A stretch of DNA of 64,000 nt from Okamejei kenojei. Lineage: Eukaryota. Below, piece by piece: positions 49,801 to 62,367 of this stretch. The notes under the pieces are model-generated. The model made no database searches and was not told where the DNA came from. It saw only the letters and a list, made by a program, of their open reading frames with translations. Location: positions 87,172,001-87,236,000 of the forward strand of contig CM069131.1 in assembly GCA_035221665.1 (NCBI GenBank), given 5' to 3'. The position numbers and the translations under genes are program-made. The first letter of the stretch is position 1. Every line of letters starts with the position of its first letter.

Positions 49801-51153
49801 AATTTTCAATCGTATATTACATTTTTGTTCTTATGCCGCCAAGAGTGTGAAGGTTAGTAAGGCTCTCCGAAAAAAATGTGGCTAAATCTGCTTGGCAACA
49901 CTGTAAAAGATGCATTCCACTGGGTATGATAATCGATGAACAAAACTCATTGGTGACACAAGGGTGAAACTTAACTGAGTAGCATGCTAAATTTCCAGAA
50001 TGGTGTGATTTAGCACAGAAATAGTCACAAGCACGTTCCACCAAAAATACAACCTGCAATGAAAAACTAAATCTAAACCCACTTGTCTGAATTTATAAGT
50101 TGACATGCGATTCGGAACAAAGATAGATATTGTTAGCTGAGTGGCAATTTAACCACAAACAAGTAGAATAGCAGAACTGATTCAAATGCTGAATGGCTCC
50201 ACTTTGTTTTTATTAAAAAGGGCTTTCAAAGGTGATGTCACTCATTAACACAGGTGGTTAGGGAGCAATGTCTTGCTTAAAAGGGTGCTATTCTGAGAAT
50301 AAATAGGAAAATTAAACAAAAATATGTTCCCAAGTAAAATAATATTCCATCTGCAGTAAAGTGCATATTTTGTCTGTCAGCAAAACAACAACATGTTCAT
50401 GAGACATGACATAGTTTCATTATATTTCATTTTACAAAAAAGTGGGGGGGGGGGGTGGGAATACTGCACACTCACAACTTTTATTTCATCGGTTAATAGA
50501 GAATGGAGAAAACATTAAGCTAATTGAATGGAGACATAAGAGACTGCCGATGTAGGAAGCTTGAGCAAAAAACAAATAGCTGGAGGAACTCAGCGGGTCA
50601 GGTATCTTCTGTGGAGGGAAATGGGGAAACAACTTTTCCAGTTGAGACACTTTAAGCTCATTAGCAGCAGCACTAACAGTGACAAACATTAAGTATCTTT
50701 TCAGCACTAAAATGATTTGAAATAAATGAGTTTTTAATCAATGTCTTGGCCCATGTATGACAATAACTGTGCAAAGCTTATCAATTGGCAATAATTACTT
50801 TCTGCAATTAATTAAGAATTTAAGTTAAAATCACTGCCACAATCACAATATTTATATGCTTTGTAAAATATAAGACAATTATGTGGAATGGTTTTGTAAA
50901 ATGTAATATATGTAAATTATTTTTTTATCAGTTGCACTAAATAAGAATGATCATTTTTCATGGATCTAGTAATTTAGTAATGATGCAACTGGAGATTTCA
51001 GCAATAATAAAAGACTTCCCAGATCACTGAACAAGTGGCTACAATGAACAAAGGAATGATTGAGGGTATTGATAGAAAACAGATTTCCCCATGGCCACAG
51101 TTCAGTGAAGGATGGTCCATTCTGCTGTTTCTTTGGAATCCCAACTACCGATA

Positions 51154-52225
51154 TCTATACTATTACTAAAACTCTTCATCTTGTTTGTGGCTGTGTGTTT
51201 GTACCAATTTCTATTCTCCTATTTTCTTCCAAAGGCTTGGCCACAGCCTTCCCATTTTCAGACATTCTACTCACATTTTTCCCGTTGAGGCGATAAACGT
51301 CTTCCAGTCGCATTCCCACCTATATTTCCACACTTTTTAATTGTTTAAAGTTTAAAACAAAGCCAGAAAACTCACCCATTTCGAAAAAAAACCCCGAGTG
51401 CCGTCACAATGCACTCGCAAGGCAGGACGGGACATTCTGGGAGGGAGGAGCACTTCAGCGCACTCGCATGGCAGCTGCCAGCACCCAACCCCCGACGGGG
51501 AGGGTGCTGCTGGAGCTGGAGTGAGAGCCGAGCCCGGGGCTTGGGATGAGGCCGTGACCACTGACGCCCGGCACCTGGTGGCGAGGATGGAGCCGCAGGC
51601 CCTGGCTGGAGCCGAGCCTAGTGCTCGAGCTGGAGTGAGAACCGAGCCCGGGGCCGAAAAAAAGCAGCCGCTGGAACCAAGTCAGGGCCGGGCCGAGTAC
51701 AAGAACCAGGCTGAGTTCTAGGCCCTGGTGCTGCTCCACGACCTGGGGCAGGGAATGGGAGTGAGGGGAGGTGGATGAGGTAAATGAGGAGGAGGGAGAG
51801 GATGGGGGCTGGGGTGGTAGAGGGAGATGGTGGGGGGGGTGGAGGAGGGAGATGCCCTATCAGCCCTCACTCCCACCATCTCTCTCTATACCCCCCTCCC
51901 TCTCTACCACACTCCCTCTCCCTCTCTACCCTCCCTGCCCCCCACTCTATCACCCTCTCTACACTCTCCCTCTCTACCCCCCTCCTTCTCTACCCCCTCC
52001 CTCTCTCTCCCTCTCTACCCTCCCTCCCCAAACCCTAACCACTTCCCTCTCCCTCTCTCTACTCCCCTCCCTCTCTCTCCCTAACGGGTCTGCACTTAGC
52101 CTGGACAGTAATGACTCCATCTTTTACGTCACAATGGGAACCCGTGAGCCGAGCCTGCGCAGTTGGGAGCTATGGGTGAGTGATGGAATATTGCGTTCGG
52201 GGACCAGCCCTCCCATGTGATGCTG
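51154..52225 (+). mobile_element. Non-autonomous Helitron (composite)
   Basis: A|TCTATACTATTACTAAAACTC start like 40676; CT-rich tract; 3'-type motifs aacgggtc (52083) and gggaccagccctccc (52200). Confidence 0.65.
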
Positions 52226-52559
52226 TGCCGCACCCCCACCCCCCCCCCCCCTACCCCCCCCCATAAATTGACTGCCTCAAATAGAGGTCCTAAAACAGGA
52301 TGGGCAGTGCATAAGGATTTTCTGGACAAATAAATTCTATTGAGAAATATTTGAATTTCTACAAGCAAACCAACTGAAGATGATGAGGGCCTCATGTTTC
52401 CAAGTGGGTCTACGGAACATTTGATAGACCATTCAGAGAAATAGCGCAGGTTAATCATTTTCTCATTTCTTCAGGAGCCTTCTCTACACAATTGTGATTC
52501 TGTAATCCCATTTTTGTTCAGGAATTGCTGCGAATGTATTCAGTAAAACGGGAATCCAA

Positions 52560-52940
52560 ATAGGGATGGCACAGTGGTAGAGTTGCTGCCATACAGCACC
52601 AGAGACCGGGATTGATCCTGACTACAGGCGTTGTCTGTACGGCATTGGTACATTCTCCCTGTGTTCGTGTGGGGTTGCTCCGGTGTCCTCCCACACTCCA
52701 AAGACGCACAGGTTGGTCGGTTAATTAACTTGGGTAAAATTGTAAATTGTCCCTAGCATGTAGGATGGTTGGCGTGGACTCAGTGGGCCAAAGGGCCTGT
52801 TTACATGCTGCATCTGACTGGTCGACACAGACTCAGTGGGCCAAAGGACCGGTTTACATGCTGCATCTGACTGGTCAACACAAACTCAATGGGCCAAAGG
52901 ACCTGTTTCTGCACTGTATCTCTGGAGTAAAGTCTAAAGT
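52560..52940 (+). mobile_element. tRNA-derived SINE with 3 x 53-bp tandem repeat in its tail
   Basis: Head ggtagagttgctgcc; units at 52777, 52830, 52883. Confidence 0.8.
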
Positions 52941-53182
52941 AAAGATGATACTGGTAAAGATGTTGAAAGAACAGGAGAGTTAAATTCACTGATGAATATG
53001 AAATAAAAGTTCCAGAGGAATCAGTGTTGCTTGGCCGTGAGAGACCTGAAAATTTAGTGTTGGGCATTGAAGATTTTAATATTTAGAAGAATCAAAATGA
53101 GAAGTTTTGAAAATATGATATTAGTAGTCTAACTTTGACAGAAGCCTGATGAAATCTTGTTGTGCCTCTTATTGAACTATAG

Positions 53183-56100
53183 ATTTTACTTCGGAGTCAA
53201 GTGAGTGATTCCATGAAGAACCCCGCCAGTGCGCATGCTCGTCATTTCGCATGGCTCAGCGACTGACTGGCAGGTGCAACGGTCCTGCCAGCGGTAAGTT
53301 TAAACATGCAGGTAAGTTTATATTTCTTACGAGGTTTTGTTTTCTCTTGCAGGAACCTCTTCTTATAGAGGATTCCTGCTGGATATTGTCGCGAAGTCCG
53401 GCGAGCCGCAGGGAAACCGACTTGTGCTTTGGGGAGTCGCAGGAGCCGGCGGCCGTCGGGTTCGCGACTCCAGTCGCTGACAATGCGGTCAGTGGCTCCC
53501 AGACCGCTGTGGTTCCCGTGGAGAGGTATCACTGTCAGAGTCGCTGACAAATCGGTCAGCGACTTCCAGACCGCCGTGGTTCCCGTGGAGGGTTAAATCC
53601 AGAAGGAAGGCGGTATCACCACCAAAGTCGCTGACAGTACGGTCAGCGGCTCCCACACCGCTGTGGCCCTCAGGACATGGGGTATAATCACCCATAAAGC
53701 GGTCAGCCTATGGATTCGGGATGAGTCGGGCCGGGAGGGTTCCATTCCGGTGATAATTAACAGTTTGGGCTACACTGGATGGAGCTCCTAATGGAAATGA
53801 TGTTCCATCATGACACACTCCAAAAGGAGGAGTAGTGTCAGCGCCGGCCTACGGGAGAGCCCGGGCCAGCAGCACCTATTCAGGGCTGCTTAATTGGACG
53901 GTTGTCCAGGATGGAGCTCCTAATAGAGAGGATGTTCCACTAACACACACTCCAACAGTAGTGTCAGCGCCGGCCTATGGGAGTGCCCCCGCCAGCAGCG
54001 CCTAGTTAGGGATGCTTAATGTCTCCCTCTTGGAGGAGTTATTCTACCACCGAGTATGTTCCATTCTGGTATAGGTCTGTTGGGAGGCCATATCAGCGCA
54101 GGTACCCTCAGGGGCCTGAGCCAGCACCTGTTCAGGGCTGCCTACAATCTTCCCCTTTATGGAGTGGAGTGCGAATGGTCAGTTGGTAACTGATTTCAAA
54201 TTCTAAAGTATGTCCGTGGAACATACGGGTGCACATGTGTATGGGTTCAAGGCAATCCTCGCAGACGAAGGTGTTGCTGCCAAAAGTGTTGGTTACCAGC
54301 CGTTGGCAGAATACCTGGAAGGGGTCAGAGTTCCCCTCACGCTACAAGTGCCGGCAATGAACCGAGCTCTAGCCGCCGAATCTTCTATTCAGGTAAGTCC
54401 TGGATGAGGAAGCAAAAGCTGTCGGACCAATCAAGGTACCAACAAAGCTTCATCGGTTCGGCGACAACACACTTCACGCCTCCATTGGGAGTGAGCGGTT
54501 CACTGAACCTATGGCAGCGTGAAAACTGGACAGATGTTCCACGCACCCTACCGGTCCTACTCTATAACCGGGCATGGGGTAAGTGGACCACTTACAAGTT
54601 GTTAATTTACACTTGTTTGTACAACACACTTATGGTTAAGGCATTGTCACCTAACCATGTAAAACTGTACAATACAAATATTCCAAGCTGGTTTGGAATT
54701 AGGGCCAGTATTATCTTTTAAGGCAGGCTCAGTATTATGGCCAGGATCGCTTCGAGACAGGATCGAAATATGGCCAGAATTGTTTTCACGGCAGGCTTAG
54801 AATTATGGCCAGAGTTGCCTTTAGAGGCAGGTTCGGAATTATGAGATAGGCTCATTTTTATGGCCAGGATTGTCTTCCAAGACAGGCTTGGAAATTGGGC
54901 CAGAGTTGTCGATCCAGGCACAGAATGATGGCAGACGTGGCTGTTCATTGTTAAGATGGAGAAGGTTGTGTAAGTGTAAATTTCTGAATAGGAAACTTCG
55001 TCACTGATTAACAACTGATTTTCATAAGGATCTCAAAGATACATTCTAAGCAGTTCCCATTTACAGGGATCACCGGAGACATTTGAAATTATCAGAAGAA
55101 TGATAACAGTAATGCTAATTTGCTAATGATGAGGCAATGAGAACAGTAAAACATTGCAAGATGGGCTAAATTATTTATCCAGGTATTTACCAGGTATTTC
55201 AAAAATCGGTGCTTTGGCTACTCAGTCTAAACTTGTTATGTCTAGTCTGAATGATATTCTAACACTCAATTTTGCAAAAATCAATTGTTCAGCTTCAAAC
55301 TTGAGAAATTCAAAGGTGGGAAGGGCTTTGTAAGATCCCTCATCCATCCAGTTAAAATTAAGTAGTTACCAATATACTTGTTGGTTATTGGAATTTACCT
55401 TCAACTATTAATTAGCCTGTGACTCCGCCCTGGGACAAGAGATTGGAGTTAATGGGAACTTGTAACAACCTTGTTGTTATAAGCAGCTGTCTATTCATCA
55501 AGAGTAATTGGCAATATAGTAGCTGTGCTCAGCTGTGAAGTAGCAACCTCTCAAGTGTTGACTAGGTCATTGTTAAGAGACCTATGCTATTACCAGCTGA
55601 AGCTGATAAAGTCATAATGATGGACAAACACTATTCAGCATTGCTCCACTAGTTTGGTCAGTAAAAACTCAGGTTTATTACAAACTGATGCTAAGTGCTC
55701 TAAGGTGGAAAATTGCAAATGTTCACCTCTAGTTCGGAGGTGGAGCAGATTTATATCAGTTGCCAATTCTTCAGTTATTGCTATCAACTATAAACCCTAG
55801 GTGCATTATATGGGTAAAGGGTTATGGAGCAAATATGCATGTTCAACTTCAGGTTGATACACAATGGTGGTGGCATATGTTAGTCACATGGGTGCAATCA
55901 AGTAAAAGCATCCTGTACTAATTTACATAATCTCATTTGCCACTGATGTATCATCAAGTACAAATCAATGACAACACAGAATGAGTGTTGGATCACAAAG
56001 TATTTATGAAATTATGGTTCGGTGGAACATCGAATGTTGATGTGATGTTTCATGCTTATTCATGGCTGCAAAACTATGTGGCATAACAGTGGCGAGAGAT

Positions 56101-57753
56101 ACATTATCACTACAACAAGGAGGAATGTTCGTTATGTCTTCCTCCATTTTGCCCATCAGTCGGATCTTGAAATAAAGTCAGCAAGATCCCGCTTAGGCTT
56201 TCGTACTGGCTGACTGGACTATGCAGCCCTGATTCCTGTTTGTCAGGAATATTAATACAACCTTATATGGTTATTCTACATGCAACGCTTTGCTGGTCAG
56301 CCTGTGGCTCGGAAAACCAGCCTCTGCATGATAAAATCAAATTATTATTTTGCAGATTCTGAGTAGACTGCTCCTACGGCTCGGGTTGTCACACCGACCC
56401 ATGTATGTACTCACTGCAGAGGGCAGGGATACCATCCCAAAAAAGCAGTACAGTTTTCGCCAGGAGATGGGAAGAGCTTTGTTTAATGCTATGTTACATT
56501 TAATATGGTAGATACTGATGACTTTAAGTTCATTTTCCAATAGGTCTTTGACAATAATTGAGTTATAGGGCCATTAACTGTGCTTAATGTGCCTTCCCAT
56601 CATATTTACTGCAGCGAATTGGATCCACTCTGTCGGGCTCACCCCGGATATCGAGTTTGTAAAGGATCATTAACACATATTCCCCCAGGACAAGAACAAG
56701 GCTGTATGGGATACTGACATCGTGCTGGCACTGCTTAGCCGGGGGCTCCAGCTACATCCTAGCTTTGGCCGTCTCATAAGCTGGTTATCCTCATGGCACT
56801 GGTCCCAGCGCAACGGCTCCAGTCACTACATAATTGTGACTGGACAGGATGGTTACATCTGCAAATAATATTATATTTATGTTTTAGTTAAGCAGAGCAG
56901 AAGGGGAGTCAGGTCCCAAATTAGTTTCATGACATATTCAGGGACCTTCAGTTATGTGAGGTCACACATTTACAACAATATGTCAAGGTCACCAAGAGCC
57001 TAGAGGTTTCCTGCTGGATATTGAACTAGCAATGTTGTTAGTTACAAAAAGGCTTTATAAAAATGTGTCAGTTCAGACCATCCCCAGGCAGTGAAACGGG
57101 GTTTGGTTTATATGGGAGTAGATATGAATTAAATCACTCCACCAGGTCTGCTACATCATCAGTAGCAAGGGTTAGTTACGTTCCGCTGGATCGCATCCTA
57201 GCAGCTGCAGGACGGTCGAATGAACGAACCTTCCAAACACTTATAATAACCCATTGTCAGGCCAGGGGTTTTTTACCAACTCTATTTTACGTTCAGTTCT
57301 ATAGTCCCTCTCGGATGAGAGTGGTTACTATTATGATTATTTATTCATTATGAATGTTTCCCTCATACTGTCAATAAAGCGGCTGTGGTTGTGTAGACTC
57401 ATTTCTCACAGCATGAAATCACAGAGCTTTGAAATCTTCATGGAATCACTCATGTGACTCCGAAGTAAAATAGTAAGATTAAATGAGAACTTACCAGTTT
57501 GAAGTTTGATCTATATTTTATGAGGAGTTACGTTGGTGATTATGTGAAGAACTCCGCCAGTGCGCATGCTCGTCAATCTTCAAAGCAACAGTGTGAAATC
57601 ACAGAAAACAGTAATTGAAGTGACATAGTAAGGTTATAAACCTAGAACTACCATATGACCTCTGTGATATGAGGGTTGGGAGCAGAGGGCACATAATCAC
57701 CAATGTAACTGATCAAACTTCAAACTGGTAAGTTCTCATTTAATCTTACGATT
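53183..57753 (+). mobile_element. DIRS-type retrotransposon, decayed (copy 3)
   Basis: ATT termini; ICR 57435-57546; colinear with copy 2; YR HSTRSATSS...ILAAAGRS (57063-57353). Confidence 0.92.
54722..54935 (+). repeat. Degenerate ~33-bp tandem array inside DIRS copy 3
   Basis: Recurring ggcaggct...attatggccagg unit. Confidence 0.7.
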
Positions 57754-58717
57754 TCCCTCTATTACATTGGAGGAGCCCTTGACTGCATCCAATCTATTTC
57801 CTGCAGTTCTGCCCTCAGCCTCTTCCAAGATAAACTAATCTCATCTGCAAGCACATGATCCATATCCCTCTGTTCCCTGCATATCTGTGTGACTAGCAAA
57901 GAGCCTCTTAAATGCCACTAATGTATCTGCCTCCATCACCACCCCTAGCACAGTCCTGCACATCTCCTTTAAACATTTCCTCCATCCATCTTAAGCCTAT
58001 GCCATTTAGTCTTTGACATTTCCACTCTGGGAAAACAATTCTGATTTTCTACCTTATCCATGCTTTGCAAGATTTTTAGATACTGCCATATACCATTCCT
58101 ACTTTAGAATTAATGGGGAAATCCAAAATCATTGCTGAAGTAGTCGAAAATGGGCAGACCGATAACCATGGTCCTTTTGCTTTCTGCTGGGGCAGAGATA
58201 ATTACTGCCCATCAACCTTAGCAATCTGTGTTGGAAAGAACTGCAGATGCCGGTTTACAACGCGTGTACACACCCACAATGCTGGAGTAACTTAGCGGGA
58301 CAGACTGAATTCTGAAGAAGGGCCTCAACCCAAAACATCACCCATTCCTTCTATCCAGAGATGCTGCCTGTCCCACTAAGTCACTCCAGCATTTTGTGTC
58401 AACCCTAACAACTTTATCTATCCCCTTTGCTAGGTAGACTGCTGTTATCGGAAAGTTTTCCTCGTGATTCCCATTCAATTCAGTTTACAACTTTAAGATT
58501 ATTATTATAAATTATGAGAAAATGGGGTGTTTTGCGGATTGAGGAGCATACTTAAGAAGGAAATCAGGAGGGCAAAGAGGGGGCAGGGGATAATATTTAG
58601 GAGATTTTGTATGTAAATTTACCAAGGAGAAAGACATGAAGACTGGGAAACTTGGGAGAGTCCATTTTATTGTTGAGGAGGTGCTAAATGTCCTAAGGCA
58701 CATGAAGGTGGATAAAT

Positions 58718-59514
58718 GGAAGAGAAGGGGGGGAGAGACGGGGAGGGAGGAGGAGGGGGGAGAGGAGGGGGGGAGGAAGAGAGGGGAGAGGAGGAGAGGG
58801 GAGAGGAGGAGAGCGGGGGAGAGGAGGAGGTGGGGAAAGGAGAAGAGGGGGAGAGGAAGAGGGGAGCAGGGCAGGCAAGCGGGCTGCGAGCGAATGGGCT
58901 GTGAGCGAGCGGGCTGCGGGGCCCACGGCGAGCAGGCGTCGGAGACTCGAGGGAGGTTGCAGGCGGGCGCGATCTGAGGACGGTCAAAAGCAGCGGAGGG
59001 CTGGCCGATCATGGCTTCCGCTAGGGGAAGCCTACCCACCCACTTGACAGGCAGCCAAGTGTAAGGAGTAAGCGGGCTGAGGGAGGCCACGGGTGGGGCA
59101 CGATCTGAGGACGGTCAAAAGCAACGGAGTCGACTGCGAGTTGGGAGGGGTTACATAACTCGCAGCCTATGGGCAACAGTGGCCAGCAGGCTGTGCGTTG
59201 AAAACTCTGCGCTGCTGGCCATGAGGAGCACAGCCATTGTGATGTCATCAGCTCGCTTCAGATCATTAACTTCAAAAAAATCCCACATTGGTGAACAATT
59301 TTAGTAAAAAACTCGGGAAATAATTAATCAAATTTTCAATGAGGCTATTTTCAAGATCATGAGGTAAATCTTTACCGGAATATGTAAAAATTTCACCTTA
59401 GCGCGTCGGGTTTTTGAGGAGATGTGAATCAAAGAAAAAGAGACAAGCAAACTAACAAACAAATAAATCAGTAAACATCCAAGATCAGTGTTTTATATTA
59501 TAATAATAGATAGA
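58718..59514 (-). mobile_element. Non-autonomous Helitron between CR1 fragments
   Basis: Minus-strand start TCTAT...TAAAACACTGATCTTG like the other Helitrons; CT-rich tract; 3' end not seen. Confidence 0.6.
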
Positions 59515-62367
59515 TGGACCAAACGCAGACAGGTGGGACTAGTGTGGATGGGACATCTTGGTTGGCATGGACATGTTTTTTTAGAAATGTAGAATGTTCC
59601 AACATTGGGACTGATTGGAGGCAACCATAAACTTCAAGAAAAATATATAAAATTAGAAACAAATGAAATCAAGAAAGTGAAGGAAGATAAAAGGCAATGG
59701 GCATAGTTAAACAGAGGATTTCCATTATGATTACTTCAGCAAGTTAGTCGTGTTTAATGTCTTTGGTTCCATGGTTTCAGGCATGGGTAGACAACACTTC
59801 ATGACATATGCAACATCCTGACGTCTCATATAAAAACATTACTGAGAAATCCACCTTGACTCGAGACATTTCAGGGTCAGCAACTCTATCATTGGATTTT
59901 AAGTTCTTTGTTATTTTGCTCTTGTTTCTTCTCCCATCTTATTCTTTCAGGACTTATCATACTTACTTCATCACAAATATCAGTTTCTCTGTCTATACCA
60001 GAGGTGTTACTTCATTATTAAATAATTTAGGATTAGTAACATTTCAAGCGGATGTGAATAGCATTTTGCAGAGGAAAAGTTAATTAAACAGATTGTGAAA
60101 TCCATTTACCACACTGACTCAATACCTATGTAAAATAATTGTTAGATTGTAAATATTCAATCAGATAAATATAATTAATACACTGCAGTAAAATGGCAAT
60201 AGCAGATTCTGGAAACAAATTATATTATTTTATAATTACTTCCTCTGGAGAATACACTAATTGATCTGGTTATGGGAATGATTGCATAATTAGGTCATGA
60301 AAATATTTCTGAATATCTCCCTGCAAAGATAATATGTGGGAATGTTTCATTAAACTAATTTCAAATGGAAATCATCACAGATCAAAGTGTGCTTAGAAAT
60401 TTCTGAATTAACGGCTCACATTTTATCTTTCTAGCTTTTGCTCATTTGCCTCAAGCAATAAAAGTGCAATTTATTAATCTAATAAGTGAATAGCTTTAAA
60501 CATTTAGAAAATACATTTATGAAGAAATATTTTGACATGACATATTTTTTTAGAAGATTGGATTCACAGCTGTGAATATTAGTGAGCAGATAGTATCCTA
60601 GCATTGCGGGCAGATTATAAATACAGTCTGATTACACAGTGAGGAGTTGTTTTCCTGAATCATCGAATTCTAATCACTGCCTTTTCAAATTCACTTTTTT
60701 AATATGGAAATATTATTGTTCCAAACTCCTCACCAATCAATTCAACTTTTAACCAAAGAAGCAAATCTTCACAAGGAGCAAATTGCTTCTTGATTATTCC
60801 TCTCGAGGCTGTGAATTTATGTAACTCTTCCAACCTCCTGCCATAAATTTGGCAGCAGCTCAGCACCAGCAGTATAGTGTAATTTTTAGCCTTTACAGTT
60901 GAGGAACTTCCATCAAAATGCAAGCCTTCCTCCTTTTTAAAATAAGCTGCAAGAATCCATACCTGATTACGAAATGAGAGATATTTGACCAATCACATAT
61001 TGCAAATTCAGCATGGAAGGGGAGGTTAGCAAATATATTTGTAAGATATAAATTGGTCAGAAATTGTTTTGTACATGAATGAAGATAGTTCATTGCATCC
61101 TTGCCTAAAGTAATAGCTAAAAAAAAAGACATTTCCCACCCACGCCCTGCCGATTAATTAGCATACCCAGCGCAGGGACGAAGAATTGCTTAGCAACACA
61201 GTCCAGTTCTTTCCTGCCTCCTCGTGTATTTCTTTCATCTTCTGCTCCACGAGCCAATGTTGTCCATTATATAAACCTACAGCTGAATATGGGCAAGCAA
61301 AAGAAACATGCCTTCAATTAATTTCTGTCAATTGGTGTAGTTTGAATGTGCATTGCACGGGGCATCTTTTAAGGCCAAATATCCAAAGACTTCAGGTTTT
61401 CATGATATGCAGAATTCAATTTTCATTTGATTAAGAATGTGTAACCATTCTCAAAGCAATAACGGTGCACAGGTCCAGAAGGTATAGAGAATAATTTCAG
61501 GATTAATAGGTCACCTTTGCACCTATTGTACGAATGGAAGTTGCCTTTTTGAAATTCCCTGAGGCAAAAGCAAACCTCAACATTCTGAAACTAAACTTTC
61601 TTTTTGTTGTTAAAAATTCTAGCCTCGAGCCATGTGGCAAGTATCTAACCTCCAGCATTCAAATCGCTGGAGGTTAGAAGGTCAGCTGATACCTGGGATA
61701 CATCCTTGTGTTGGGTGAAATCTCTAGCCTGTGAGATGTATCAGATTTATTTTTGCAGGATTCTAGCATGTAGGCCGTTTTTGTTTTTTTTTGCCAAGCC
61801 TATATCATTCTACAACAGTATTAAATGAAAAGAAATAGGTGCAGGAGCAGCTCAATGAGAATTTTTAGCTGGCTCTAACATTTACTAAGATCACAGAAAT
61901 CTACCATCTAACGCTTTTATTTTAACCTTGATTTTAATGCTCAATCTAAAAAAATCAAAATCTTTCAAAAACACCATATTCCTGACTGGCATTTTATTGA
62001 CAATATTAATTCAGGAGCTAGTCAATGCTATCGCTAAAAACAAGTCAGGACCTGTTAAGGCTATCGGAGTTGCTCGATGATTTAATCAATTACATAATGA
62101 AAAACGAGCATCCAAGTAAGAGAGTTCAGTGCTGTGTGCAGCTCAATGGTGGAGCTAATTGTCTGAAAGGGAAGTGGTTTGAAAAGTGATTTGTCCCTAG
62201 TGTGTGTACAATAGTGTTAGTGTGCGGGGATTCCTAGTCGGCACAGACTCTGCGGGCCAAAGGGCCTGTTTCTGCGCTGCATCTCTGTCCTCCAAGGGAT
62301 AATAAGGAAATTAGTCTAGTTTAGTTTATGGGAAGACCAATTCCAAGGGATGACAAGATTAATAGTC

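Noticed and set aside
52560-52630. tRNA gene
   Set aside because: Degenerate tRNA-derived SINE head with no cloverleaf; same for the other SINEs
52777-52920. CRISPR-like regular repeats (also 53470-53665 and 54722-54935)
   Set aside because: Plain tandem duplications with no unique spacers and no cas genes; eukaryotic DNA
58512-59090. Pro/Ser/Leu-rich or Arg/Gly-rich ORFs (also 51771-52220 and 62894-63328)
   Set aside because: Translations of low-complexity Helitron tracts
61167-61276. Open exon-like segment GLYNGQHWLVEQK... on the minus strand
   Set aside because: Phase is incompatible with the next candidate exon and the intron would be only about 50-60 nt
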